Shown piece after piece: positions 11,814 to 24,507 of a DNA stretch of 64,000 nt. Origin of the DNA: Carcharhinus longimanus (Eukaryota); assembly GCA_030264375.1 (NCBI GenBank), contig JASCQW010000122.1, positions 24,402,272 through 24,466,271 of the forward strand, written 5' to 3'. The stretch's first letter is position 1; each line of letters begins with the position of its first letter. The notes beneath the pieces were generated by a model, which saw nothing but the letters and a program-made list of their open reading frames with translations, was not told the DNA's origin and ran no database searches. A program made the position numbers and the translations under genes.

Positions 11814-12944
11814 AAGATGAGAGAAAATCTGATTTAACAGATTAAGCTGCATAGTCGGGCAGTCAAAATAAGGATTTATTTTCTTGTTGGGGAGAGCTTG
11901 AACTCTGGGCCCAAAATGGAAAAACTACTATACTTTATGCTCACATTTAGCCAAAGTAACTGTTGAAGAATTCAATTGTTGAACAACTGAAGAAACTAAT
12001 GAGATTCATTCAACTATTAATCTTTCAGTTGCTAAGATTTCCTGTAAATTTAAATTGCTGCACTTGTTGGATAATTCCTTCCCTATCCTGTTAGATTTGA
12101 AAAGCTATAGAGGGTCTGTCCAATATTTAACAGTAAACTTAAAACACTTAGTTGAACTGATGTATTTGAAGCAGATATACATTTGATTTTTTTCTCCAAG
12201 CTGCCTCCAACTCCTCGCTTTAGTGTAGGCAAAAAAATTGGCACTTAACTAGTTTCTGGTGTTGACGAACCCCTGTTGTTTGAACTGATTGGTTAGATTA
12301 GGATGAACCTCCTATCTTTTCATGCCATATGGCTGGTTTCTTATTGTAAATTTATTTTGCAAAGCCTTGGTAAGCTCCACAGCAATATTGCCTTTGTGTA
12401 TTACTGCAAATACCTTCTAGACATTCCTGCTGTTCCAATCTTTCAGTTCAATTTTATAGACCAGCTTATTTATTCAATCCCTTCTGCCTGTTAGAGTGAA
12501 ATGCTTTGGCCCTAAAATTTATTCTTAACGTTATCACTGTTGTTATGGGAATACAGGATTTGAGTTAATGTCTAATTCTTGGTTCTGTATTGGAGAAATG
12601 TGACAGTTTATTTGAAACAATTCTTTGGATTCTTAGAGCTAATTTGTCTGACTTTCCATTACAATCCAAACATTGAGCTTCACGTATAAATGATTTTGGA
12701 CTTCCAGAAGACTGGGGGTGGAGGGAGAATGTTGATTTGAACCCTGGTTTCCCTTCATGGAGTCTGCATTTCAAATTTGATTTGAGAGCATATACAGTTA
12801 ACTCGTGTCATTCACAACCCACTCTCATCAAATTGGTTTACCCGTGAGTGTATGTGCACCTAACCATGGTTCACAGCCTAAAATTGTGCCTTTTATCTGC
12901 AAATTAGAGTTATGTTGGATGTCAAACTCTGACCTCCCATATAG

Positions 12945-13263
12945 TGATGGCACATTGGTTAACAGTGCTGCCTCACAGCACCAGGGACTTGGGTTCAATT
13001 CCCAGCTTGAGTCGCTGTCTTTGCAGAGTTTGCACATTTCTCCATGTGTCTGTGTGCATTCCCTTTGGGTGCTCTGGTTTCTTCCCACCATCCAAAGATA
13101 TGCAAATTAAGTTGATTGGCCATGCTGAATTGCCCCAGGATGCAGAGGACAGTGGGTTAAATGTGTGGTAACAGGAATAGGGCCTGGGTGGGATTGTTGT
13201 CGGTGTAGACTTGATGGGCCAAATGGCCTCTTGCGTTGTAGGGTTCCTAATATTTCTGATTCT
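12945..13263 (+). mobile_element. HE1-like V-SINE, near full length, tail A
   Basis: tggcacattggtt A-box, gggttcaattccc B-box, ttgattggccatgctgaattgcccc, gacttgatgggccaaatggcctc. Confidence 0.85.
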
Positions 13264-13619
13264 AAGATGCGTGTACACTGTGTGCCATCTCGGTGCATGC
13301 TTAAGTTCACCTTTTGTGATTTCACCCTTCGTGATTTCACCCTTCAAGTTTCGTGGGAATGATAACTTGTGGGTGATGGGCATTGACTGTAAAGTGAAAA
13401 TAATATGCAGTTCAGGTACTTCAAAATGGGCTTTGTCAGCGAAGGAGTAAATTTTGAATCCGAAATACATTTGACAAAGGCCTATTTAGGTGAAGTGAAA
13501 TTTGAGATGATTTTGTTCCATTTGTGATGGTCGTGTGTATTTTTTTTAGAGGAAATCGTATTATTTTTCATGCAAATTAAAAGTATGAATTTAAGAACAG
13601 TGAATTGGATTTCTGGGAT

Positions 13620-16600
13620 AGCCAAGCTGAGGAGTGTTCTCGGATGCAGAGCTGAAGTTCAGAACCAGTAGAGCCAGGAGAATTCAGATTCAAGGGTGTC
13701 AGGCTTATAACACCAGCGACACTTGTGCTGAACTAGGAGCCAACAACCATTGATTTTTTTTTGGCAGGAATTTTTCCTGGTTGTGTTAAACAGTTTTAAA
13801 GGACATAATTGTATTGGTAAACATTTGAAATAAGGTATAGTTTTAAGTGGGTTTAATGTTACTGTGCCAGGAAGGATGAAACCTATGGTTAGACTCATGC
13901 AAGACAAATGTTTTGTAGGTGTGGAGTTGGTTTCAATTTCAGAGGGCCATGATGTGAAAAGTAAATAAACCAGCTGTGATCTTGTAAGGCAGAGGTTTTC
14001 AAGTTTTAGTTTAGCTAATTTGGTTGCCGTTAGAGATAGCGTGGCTCTCAGCTCTGCTGCATGCTGTTAGTTTTAGAAGGCTAAAGAGGGAACATCTCAG
14101 CCTTGCGAGAAGAAAAGCTGTACTATGGAGCAATGGTTAAGAAAATAGATACTGGAAACCTAAAGTCCAGCCAGTTGAAACTAGAGCAATGAAGAGAAGT
14201 TTCTCAAGTCTGGAGTTCACAGAGCAGAGGAAACTGTTCAGTAAAGTCAGAGTTGAAAAGGCATTGAATTGTACAAGGTCAGAAAGATATCTGCAGTAGT
14301 GCTACGATTTGTGAAATCATGAATGTGGAATAAATTTGAAATAATAGTGGAAATCAATGGCTGGACCTTAAGTGTTTGTGTACAAGGCTTTAAGACGAAG
14401 GAAACCTGAAGGGAGAGTTGTAAAGCCTAAAAGTGAAGGAAGCAGCAGAGAGTATAATGTAAAACAAGATTTAAAAGTATGAGTTATGGAAGTGGAATTT
14501 GAAATTGCTTCTGTGGAAGCTAATTCAGTGAGAAGGTGGCTCATGGGTATAAGAATCATCTGAGGGAATTCTGAGCCATAGACAGTAACTTGCATTCAGA
14601 GCAGAGTATTTGCATTTGACCACAGTCAGCTTGTGTGCTTAGAAGGGACTTTTGTGTTGATGAGATCATTGTAGATTAAGATGTACTTGTAATCAGTGTT
14701 GACCCTAAAACCTATGCATTTGAGTTCAAGTATTGTATTATAATCAATTTTTAAAATTTTAATTGTTTTTCCCTTGTTAAAACTAATTAGCGGTCCTGTG
14801 ACTCTTGCTCCTTTTTTATTAAGCGTTTTAGTTATGAGGCCAGGTTACCTTTCTGGGATCTTCCTTTCAGTCATAACATCTGGGGTGGTAACAATTGTTT
14901 TGAGAGCTGGCTTAGTACAGTTGCATGTGTTTTGTCCTCACATTGAATCTGGAGGATGTGGCAGAGATGGTGCTGATAGAATTTCTCTAGCACCTCTTAT
15001 GTTTCGCTGGTGCAGAGCCCTGGTCTCATTGCACAATAGCAATATAATGTCAACTGCTCTGTATGCTAGGACTTCTGTTAACTTGCTGAGACCTTTATTG
15101 TCAAACAATGCTGCTGTAGTTTGGAGAAGACCAAACTGGCACAGCTTTGGATCCCCTGCTCAGTCATGGCCTTGGTGGCTGTGAAGCTTTGGAAAGTGCT
15201 CAACATTGTCTAGAGGAGTAATATTTGTCTGTTTTTGGATGTTTGGTTTGCCAGGGCAGGCAATAATGCGGAATTGACAATGGCATAAGGATGCCACAGA
15301 CTGACTTGACACTGGTCTGGGTTTCAAAGGCAACTATTTTAGATGTCCCACTCGTACCTTTTTGCAATTATACCATGACAAGATTTTGACGTTTCTTGCA
15401 GATGGAGGAATGAAGTAGGAAAGATGTGACTTTTTTTTTCCCCCACCCAGGTTAATAGGATCAGTAAGTGGAGTTTTGATGTGAGCAAAAGCCTACCAGC
15501 TGGGATATCAATGGGGTTACAGGCTTTGGTGATTTTTCACTTGCTATTGCAACTCTCCCATCAATGGTGGTCTACATATCGATTCTACCTTAGGGTACGG
15601 GGGTTAGCCTGGAGAGCGTCAGCTGACACTGGATTCATGGATGAGTTGTTGACTATATTTTCCAAGTGCTGATGGATGGCATTGTCATCATTAAGGAAAA
15701 TGCAGTCCTGCAAATGAAAGGGATTTGGTCCATTTGACCGTGGTCTATAGATAGCTCTTGTGGTTTCAGAAAAGCTTCATGATATTGAGCACATTGTTAG
15801 ACCTCTCAGGCTTTCTTTTCATGTGACTATCTTAATTTGTCTTCGTATATCAATTTTGAACTGTTGAAAAGGTCCTTCTTGCCTTGTAACCTTGGGTTGT
15901 CTTGGACAATGAAGGCCACTTGTTTTTGTTTCAGGAGGTCACGTACTTCACTACGGTTTTCATCCATCTAGTCCTGCTGATGCTTAAACCTGTTGGTCTG
16001 GATGCAGGAATCTAGTGCAGCTGTCTTTATTTGGCACTTTTCTAACATTGAGTTGGTTGTGTGAAGACTTTCCAGGTTGTTTGTGAGCTCTCTTCACTAG
16101 GGCTGAGACATTGATCATCATTCTCTTGGATGTTTTTGGCTCTTGATGTCTTGGTGCTGGGTGGATGTTGCTCATTGAACAAGTTGATGATCTATTCGGA
16201 CATGGGTCATGCACTGCATGGATCAAGTGACCCAGATCACTGGTTCAAACAGTGGCACATCCAAGAGGTTCTGGTGCTTGAATCTTTGTCTCTGTGGGTC
16301 TGCATTTCTTCTCTTTGTGGAAGAGGCTTTGTCAAAATGAGGTCATTACTGTCGGCAGGATGACGCCATTCACTTTGGCTTTTCCCACCTTATGACTTGG
16401 GAGTCATGGCCAAGCTGGACATTGAAGTCCTCCTGAAGGATGATTTGAGATGGCAGAGTGGACTTCAAGGTTGGAATAGAATTCTCCTTGCCATCTTCAT
16501 CGGAGTCAAAGTTTGGCCGTGGGTGCAGATGAAGTGGCATGTTGGTTGTCACTGAGCTACAGGTGAAAAGTCTTTTATATGTGGAGTTCTGGCAGGGAGT

Positions 16601-17530
16601 CCACAATCCTATGTTGGAATGCAAAATCAACTCCATGGATATGAGGACCACAATCAGTTAGAGTTGGTGTTCCCTTGGTCCTTCAGCTGTCCCATCCCAG
16701 GAGGGGCAGGTTTCGCTGAAGGTGGTAATGTCAGTTTGGCGTTTTGATAGTTCACCTGAAAGGATCGCAACTCTTGTTTCCAGGCAGGCAGTCCAAGAGT
16801 GTCTAATATTCCAGGTTGCAACATTTTAAAGACTCCTTTTGACAGTGAAAGATGTTGCTCTTGAAGGGTATGGTTTCCCAGCCTGGCGAAAAAGAATCGG
16901 CCTTTTAGGACACCTTTTTTAGATTTTGGGGTGAGCAGAGGGTATCCTGACAACGACTGCTGTGTCACCACCTGCTGTTGCCTAAAGACCACTTTGTCCC
17001 AGTACAAGTACCCAATGATCTTCCTGCATCTGTTGCCTATGTACAGATTCTTGACTCAGAATTCCCAGCTCTATATGGCCATTCCTCCATCACTACAGGG
17101 TGCAGCAATTGACCCTGCTAGACACCTGCTCTTTCTTTTGAAGAAGAAAGAAAATTTAGAGCACAGGAACAGGCCCTTCAGCCCTCCAATACTGCACTGA
17201 CCACGCTGTCTGGTAAAACTCGGCATCCTTCCAGTGTGGGACCCCGTGCTACCATCATTAACCATATGATTTTGGTGGTCTGGTGCTTAGATTTTGATAC
17301 CCTGAGCAATGATACCCATGAGCACTTTGCAACTGCTGCCACCTCCAGCTCTCACACTGGCAGTCTTTCATCACCTGTTGTACTGTTGACCTTTTAGATG
17401 GCACTGATCGGCATCTTGGCCCAACCTTGCTGCTAAGGGTGACACTAGTAATATGCAGCTCTCAGTGGCATCACTTGAGGGATTGATGGGAAACCCAGGC
17501 TCCTCCATGTCAAAAGCAGTAATGCCTGAA
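13620..17530 (-). mobile_element. Degenerate RTE-clade LINE (APE endonuclease + RT), split by a solo LTR at 13784-14893
   Basis: Minus-strand NVATWNI (~16800-16825), IILQEDFNVQLG (GDFNARVG motif, ~16410-16445), SKL...VFDNKGL...YRAV (~15050-15130) and an RTE-like 5' leader at ~17415-17530; many stops and frameshifts. Confidence 0.7.
13784..14893 (+). mobile_element. Solo LTR (probably Gypsy)
   Basis: TGTTA...TAACA terminal inverted repeat; 4-bp flanks gttg/attg; interrupts the RTE; shares gaaataaggta, ttggtttcaattt, cctgtgactct and ctgggatcttcc with 55479-56318. Confidence 0.65.
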
Positions 17531-17859
17531 AGGTGTGTTAATACAAAAAGAAAGATCGTCGAGGCTGCCCGTGAGCACTGAGACATGAACGCCACTGACT
17601 GGGAGAGGGCTGTGGAACGCTTGGCATGGCTCCTCCTTGTTCATCAATTCGCAAGCCACTTGAGGCTTAGTGATTTGAGAATCAGGCTGAATGGAGGCAG
17701 CTGAAGGAGTCGATTTAAGATGGCTGCTTTGAACAGAACCATTGTCCCTCTTCTGGGTCGCAAATACCAAGGGTATGGAGGGCGTTGGGAGCTTGTTTTA
17801 ATGAATTGTAGATAAACTGCTCAAAAAAACCTATGAGCTGATATTCTAAAATTGAGCAT

Positions 17860-18170
17860 TTAAAATTTTTTAAATAATTAAAGCAATCTGCATTCAGTTG
17901 ACGGGCATGATTAAATCTGCTCTTTTTCTATCTGCGCTTGTCAGTTTTGATTCTACCAAGATGTTTTCAATTGGATTGCAACCCTGTAAATTCCTCTGCT
18001 CTTTTATCAATTTACTTGATTAAACAGTTGGAGTAAAAATCATCAATCCTTGCTGCTTTTAATGGGACCATAAAATCGATTCTGAAATTGTAAATAATGC
18101 AGCCTCTGTATTTAATGGAGTTTTTGCTTTTTGAATTTGGGAATGACTTGAATTAATCTCATAAATATCC
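17860..18170. promoter_or_regulatory. Candidate conserved non-coding element
   Basis: Repeat-free; TAATTA, TGATTAA x2, CCATAAAA, TTAATGG x2; retained CpGs; conservation not tested. Confidence 0.4.
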
Positions 18171-18570
18171 TATAAACTTCCACAACCTCTACCCAGAAAT
18201 TCTGTAGGTTCAGATCAAACATGAGAACTAACACATCTGTCCAGTTGCAGTGTATTATTTACCTTTATCCCTGCAGCTACATCAACTTTATCCAAGATTC
18301 TCTATTTAGCTATGACCCTGTAACTCTACTGTTGGTATCCTTTCCCCTACTGCTTTCAGTAATTTTATAACTCTTCATTTACCATGTGCCAAAATTGAAA
18401 CTTGTTGCATAGTTACTTGTAAGAACAAGTTTGCTGGATGATCTTCTGGGATTGCCAAAGTGGGAGGTGACATTCAGTGCCAAGCCATGCTATATCGTGT
18501 ACATGACCACCAATGGATAGCTTTAAGTTCTGTAATCAAATTCTCTAGCATGACCTTACTTGGGGCCCCC

Positions 18571-18727
18571 ATAGATTCCTAGAACTCTTGACAGTGCTGA
18601 AGGAGACCATTTGGCTCATTTTGAGCTTGCACTGACGACAATCCCACACAGGCCCCATAACCCCACATTTACCCAGCTAGCCCCCGACACTAAAGGGCAT
18701 GGCCAATCCACCTAACCTGTGCATCTT
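18571..18727 (-). mobile_element. HE1-like SINE 3' half, tail A
   Basis: acagtgctgaaggagaccatttggc...atggccaatccacctaacctgtgcatctt. Confidence 0.75.
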
Positions 18728-19784
18728 GAAAACAATCTTTAGTGGGTGTTTCTACATTCAGCAGGCAGCATTCAAAGTGCACAGGGTTCTTGGATTTCTG
18801 AGGGGGAACTTCTTTTAGTGTTCCAACAAAAAAAATTAGCTCCACCTGAACAAACAATTGTGCCACCAATCCAAAGTATGCAATGTGTGTTTGGGATCCT
18901 TCAATGGTGAGAGAGACACATAGGATTGGGCATGGTGGGTGGGGGGCAGGGGTGTGGTTTCATGATTTGATGTGTGATTCTGCATAAATCATGTGGAACA
19001 CCATCACATCCTTGATCCAAGATTCAGAATGGGAATTGCTGCAGCAAAGGAGGAGAAAAACTGGCTGGCCACGTTGTGTGGAATTTAGAATGGACCAGTG
19101 CAAACAGACAGAAACAAGTGCCCCCAGGAACAACAAAATAAGAGCAGATCAACACAAACCACAGCCCATTTGTGTCTGAGGTAGTGTATGAACAATCTAC
19201 ACCCCCCACAAATTTTTCATTATCAGTTTTGCCACCTCAGCAGGGCCTGTCTGGTTTAGCTGCTGCTACCCGTAGAGATGTTGATGATGTACGTGCATTA
19301 ATCTGATCCGATATAACTAAGGCAGAAGCAGCAGGAATTTGGAATCGGAATCAAGACAGTTGTGACTTAAATGTCAATTTTAACCTTTTATGGTTTAATT
19401 TGTCGAATGCAATTACTGAGCTCAGTAATGCACTTTTTTTATTGGTCATTAATGACCCAAATGTTTGTGTTTACCATCGTTACACTTTTGTGTGGTGAGG
19501 GTTGGGGGAGGGGGGGAAGATATCTGTGGTCTAGATTTAGCTAATGGCTTCAGGACCTAGCAATGTAAATCTGGAGTAATGTGCATTTTTTTCTTTACCT
19601 TCCCCAACCACCTCTTTGAGGATTCACCAACTTGTTTTAAATAACACTTTTTTTTTGGTCAAGAAGCTGACTCCATAGCGTGGCCATTTGTTACTATATT
19701 TTTGGTACCATGTTAAATATACTGCTGCACAAATTTTTTAAAGACATGTTTGTTTTATCTTTCCATCCTGTCAGTATCAGTTCA

Positions 19785-21030
19785 GGCAGCAGTGGTTAGC
19801 AGTGCTAGGGACCTGTCTTGGATCACTCTGTGCTCCCTGCACATTATCCCCTTGTCTGCGTGGGTTTCCTCTCCACTTGTCTGTGTCAATATATGTGCGA
19901 TCTTCTTGGAGATGGCTGGGTAGTTTGCTACAGACTTCAGGAGAACAGTGACCACAACATCTCTCAACCCTGCCACAGCAACCTCTGCAAGATGTGCTGG
20001 ATCATCAACACGGATGCCGTTATCTCACGTGAGAACACCATCCACCAAGTACACAGTACATATTCTTGCAACTCAGCCAACGTTGTCTACCTGATGCGCT
20101 GCAGAAAAGGATGTCCCAAGGCATGGTACATTGGGGAGACCATGCAGATGCCATGACANNNNNNNNNNNNNNNNNNNNNNNNNNNNNNNNNNNNNNNNNN
20201 NNNNNNNNNNNNNNNNNNNNNNNNNNNNNNNNNNNNNNNNNNNNNNNNNNNNNNNNNNATACTCGGCCAATATTTACCTGATACGCTGCAGGAAAGGATG
20301 TCCTGAGGCATGGTACATTTGGGAGATCATGCAGACACTGCGACAACAAATGAATGAATGCCGCTCAGCAATCACCAGGCAGCAATGTTCCCTTCCACTC
20401 GGAACACTTCAGCGGTCACAGGCTTATAGCCTCTGACCTTCGGGCAAGCGCTTTCCAGGGTGGCCTTAGCGACACACAAAAACAACAGAGTTGCTGAGCA
20501 GAAACTGATAGCCAAGTTCCGCACATGAGGATGGCCTCAACTGGGATCTTAGGCCCACTATCACACTATCTGTAACCTCCGCGACTTGCCTGAGCTTGAA
20601 AAATCTCACTAACTGTCTTGGCTGGGGACAGTGCACATCCTCTAACTTGTGCTTAACCCTCTCTTTGCTCACATTATCTGTACCTTTTGAAGACTAGATT
20701 ACCTGTAAAGCCTCGCATTCCAACCATTATTCTGTAAATTGAGTTTGTCTTTATATGCCCTGTTTGTGAACACAAGTTCTCACTCAACTGAAGGAGGTTG
20801 AGGTTCAAAGCCAGTGCTGCCAAATAAACCAGTTGGACTTTTAACCTGGTGTTGTGGGAGTTCTTTACTGGGTTTCCTCCCACAGTCTGAAAGACGCATT
20901 GGTTTGGTGCATTAGCCATGCTAAATTCTTCCTCCGTGTAACTAAATAGATGCCAGAGTGCAGCAACGAGGGGATTTTCACAGTAACTTCATTGCAGTGT
21001 GAATGTAAGCCCACTTGTGATACTAATGAA
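19785..21030 (+). mobile_element. HE1-like V-SINE (tail B) split by a PLE insertion
   Basis: Head 19785-19874 ending tgggtttcctc; resumes at 20869 with tgggtttcctcccacagtctgaaagac...ggattttcacagtaacttcattgcagtg. Confidence 0.75.
19875..20868 (+). mobile_element. Penelope-like element 3' part: Cys-rich linker, GIY-YIG endonuclease, terminal repeat
   Basis: PCHSNLCKMC...YSCNSANVVYLMRCRKGCPKAWYIGETMQ; ends aaataaaccagttggacttttaacctggtgttgtg. Confidence 0.85.
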
Positions 21031-21559
21031 CTTCAGAACAGTATCTGGCTAGGATTGTATGAATTCAAGCTCTGGCCATAGCTCTGCTCATATCCATTGG
21101 TGTTGCCCTGAGATTTTGCCACAAATCAACAGCACACCTGTCACCTGCCCTCAACAGGATAATTTTGTTCTGATTGCTAGTTTGTGGGTTGAACAGGAAA
21201 ATTCCTGATGGTCATTATTGGACAGCGTTCTGAATCCTGTGTTAAACCTACTGGTTGGCAGAATACCCAGAGGTTGCAGATCAATTGCTCCTATGTACTG
21301 GCAATAACCCTGATGTGTAGTATTGAATTTTTCTTGATGCTGAAAGATTGAATGTGCTGAAATGGAAACACTGAACTTCTGTAATCAATACAAGTTTTTA
21401 TAGAAACAGTTTATAACAGTTTGGCAGTTGCTTATTGCATTTCAAACCATGTTCTCCCATGTCTTGTGGAAAGTCATACCTTACTGGAATGAATTACGGG
21501 GCGACTGTTTTATGGAAATTTTGTCATGTAGCCTCAGTCTTGTTTCAAGGAATTCCTTT

Positions 21560-22760
21560 ATGGATCTCCAGGCTGAGCTACTTTGCAAGGATCTGTGATT
21601 ATGTTGCATGAGGCACCATCTGACACAGTCTATGGTCATCATTGTAACAGTCACAATTATTTTTGTTATCTATGTACTTGATTGATCCAAGTTGTTTTGT
21701 TCTTTGGACTCCTGCTGACATCTCTCCAGTGGCCCTTTGTGTGGTCTTTTTTCCTTGATAAACATTTATGTGCTTATTCATTCTGTTTCTTGCAGTTAGT
21801 GTTTTCCTTGTGCTGAGCAATTTTTTTCTTATGTATGCTGTCCTACATGGTATCTGCTCCTCTGCAGTTTAGGCCTGGCCTTAATTTCCTGGTCTGCTCT
21901 ACCATACACACACACTTTCTAGCTGTTGTTTCACAACTTCTGCATTTTGGCACACATCTATCACTTTGAGTGTTGGTTTCTCATCTTTCAATAGACTTGC
22001 TGTCACTGGAAGGTCTTGTTCACCTGAGACGAATCTACCTTGGTTCAGGTTACTTTGTAGCTGTCAAAATTCTCTCATTTTGCAAGCTGCGTTAGTACAG
22101 CCATGCACGATCTCATTTTCATACTGAACTCTAGAGTTGAATGCATAAGCTTCATGTATAACATTCACTTGTGGCTCAATGTGTGTTGAAGACATTCAAA
22201 ATGTCTGCCATCTATTGTTTTTGCTTGCCAGTTAGATTTAGGGCAGTGTGCCCTTCCCTGCAGCCTTCTGGCTACTGTTATTGGTTCATCCTTTGTCATC
22301 AGGTTTGCTGCAGTCTAAGATTTCGCCATTGGAAATGCGGTAAACCAGCCAGGTTAGGCATCGTTTTTCTATTCAGCTGAAGATGGGAGTGGAAAATTTG
22401 CTTTAACTACTTTACTCATTCAATAATTTATTTGCAGCCTTCGTCTTTGCCGCCTTTTTCTGCAGCTCCGGGCTTGTCCAGAGCTCTGATTTCAGCAGCT
22501 CTTGTACAAATTTGAGTAATGATGTGCCTTTCTGTGCTGTCTCCTCCAAAACCATTTCTAGTGTTTTCTTTCCTGACATGTGTAAGGACAGTTGACCTAC
22601 TACATTGTGTTCTCAGTTTTTAATGAGAACAGAGATGGCAGGCTACAAGTAGCTTGCCTCACAATAGTGTCACATGACTATGGCAAGCCAGGTAGTACGC
22701 TTGGTAAGATTGTATTTCCAAACGACATACTTTAGCTTTCATGTACATGTTAAACTGGGG
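21560..22760 (-). mobile_element. Degenerate Gypsy/Ty3 LTR retrotransposon: gag relic and probable 5' LTR
   Basis: Manual minus-strand translation gives HIEPQVNVIHEAYAFNSRVQYENE, LTQLAK, GRFVSGEQDLPVTASLLKDEKPTLKVIDVCQNAE and a decayed zinc knuckle NCSAQGK..NCKKQN; PBS-like tgtcaggaa near 22570-22580. Confidence 0.65.
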
Positions 22761-23689
22761 GAACATTTTGACTTTCAACATGAAAGTTATACAGACTCTC
22801 TCCTACGTTGTGGTGTGCTAACTAGTCAGTTGACCCAGGATGTGACTGTTAAACTACAAGGTTCTTCACAAAAATACTTGATTTTTTTCAAAATGAAAAA
22901 ACAGCTTCCATGAGCAGATCTAGCATCTTGCCTCATCTGAAGCCTTGTCTGAACCAGGGAATATACCATTGCTTTTAGCCAGTGTTTGCAGGCTAAAGCT
23001 GACATTTGTTTGTTGACAGTGTTGCATAAGAAGCACTGACATACCGAGCCAGGGAGGCTGAGTATGTCCGTAATTTTGAAGATCTGCAGCAAAACGTTTC
23101 TTGTGTTGGATAAGAACCTTGAATCAATGGCTTGACTTCTGTTTGCTAGAAAATTATCCAGATCGGTCTCTGTTCTCATGTCTGGATGTCTCTGCTCTCT
23201 GACCTTGCCAGTCTGAGTTCTCCAAGATTTCCTCCTGTTTTGCTGAAATGTGGTAAAATTCTAAATCATCAAATGTGCAAGATTAATATTTCCTGAATCT
23301 GTGACATTGTTTACAAAGAGTTGGTGAATATTTTGCCTCTGATCAAATGATGGCTGCCCCTCCCCTGCATTGTGCTCCAGTTTTACCTGATTTAGCTATC
23401 ATGCACTCATTCCCCAATTGATCTTGTATCCCAGTGTCTGCTCCTTTTTTATCACCTTGGTTCATTCCTGGGAGTGCATCCTTCCATTTTTACTGTGTCC
23501 CTTACCTTGTGCTTCCTTGGCACTTGGCTTGCACACGTTCCTGTTCCTTGCACTGTTTATGCCAATTGTTCCATTCCTTCTCAGTACCTCACCATTGCTG
23601 TCTTCCTCCAGTCCTTAATCCATCAGATTCTTTACAGCTGAGGGACTTCTGCTCATGCTCAGTGTATTTAAGGAGTCTTTTCTCAGATT

Positions 23690-24275
23690 GAGTTTGACTT
23701 ACTATGTCAAATGTGTCTGGATACAGGGAAAAATGTAGAACAGGCAAAAGATACTGTTCATAGAGTACATAGGGAGGGAAAAAAAGGAGGGGGTGCAGAA
23801 TATAATGTTGCAGTCACAGGGTGAAAAGGAATATGAGTTTAATGCATGTTAGGTTCAGTCAGAAGTCAGCTGGCAGCAGGAAAGGAGCTGTTCTTGAGTT
23901 GGTTGATACGTGAACTGAGACTTTTCCTTTTTTTTTCCTGGTGGAAGAGTGTGTCCAGGGTGTATGGAGACCTTGATAATGCTGGCTGCTTTTCCGAAGC
24001 AGCGGTAAGTGTAGATGGAATCAGTGGGATGGAGGCTGGTTTGTATAATGGACTGGGCTATGTTACAACTCTTTGTAGTTTTTTGCAGCCTTGGTCAGAA
24101 TAGGAGCCAACCAAGCTGTGATAGATGCAGAAAGAATGCTTTCTATGGTGCAGTTGTTAAAGTTGGTGAGAGTTGTAGTGGATATGCCTGACTTCCTTAG
24201 CCTTTGGAGAAAGCAGAGGTGTTGATTGGATTTCTTAACATAGCATTGTGTGATGGGACCAGGACAGGTGGTTAC
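23690..24275 (-). mobile_element. Rex1/Babar LINE 3' part
   Basis: Minus strand resembles KKAQQRLYFLRRLRKFGMS..LTNFYRCTIESILS.CITAW; homologous to 26575-27050. Confidence 0.75.
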
Positions 24276-24472
24276 TGTTCACGAATAAATGAAAAGCTGC
24301 GGAGAGCACCCAGAGTGCAGTGGAGTCAAATACTGATCGAGTGGATGAATGGGATGCATGAACAGTAGAAAATGGCTGCTGTTGCCCTACTTAATGCTGT
24401 CCTCATTCAGCTGTACTACTAATGAAGCAGGCGTTTTCCTGTTTCACATTACTCCGGCGGCTGCTGCTATCT

Positions 24473-24507
24473 TATCTGATGAAGGGGCAGTGCTCCAAAA
24501 GCTAGTG
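24473..24507 (+). ncRNA. Minimal type I hammerhead ribozyme motif, probably inactive
   Basis: tat-CTGATGA-aggggc agt gctcc-AAAA-GC-TA-gtg; the conserved GAAA reads AAAA, consistent with CpG decay. Confidence 0.6.

Noticed and set aside
12945-13010. tRNA gene
   Set aside because: The A/B boxes belong to SINE heads and run into SINE bodies; no complete cloverleaf here or in the other copies.
15451-15463. 13-nt micro-exon (cccag|GTTAATAGGATCA|gtaagt)
   Set aside because: Lies inside the antisense RTE relic and is not frame-preserving.
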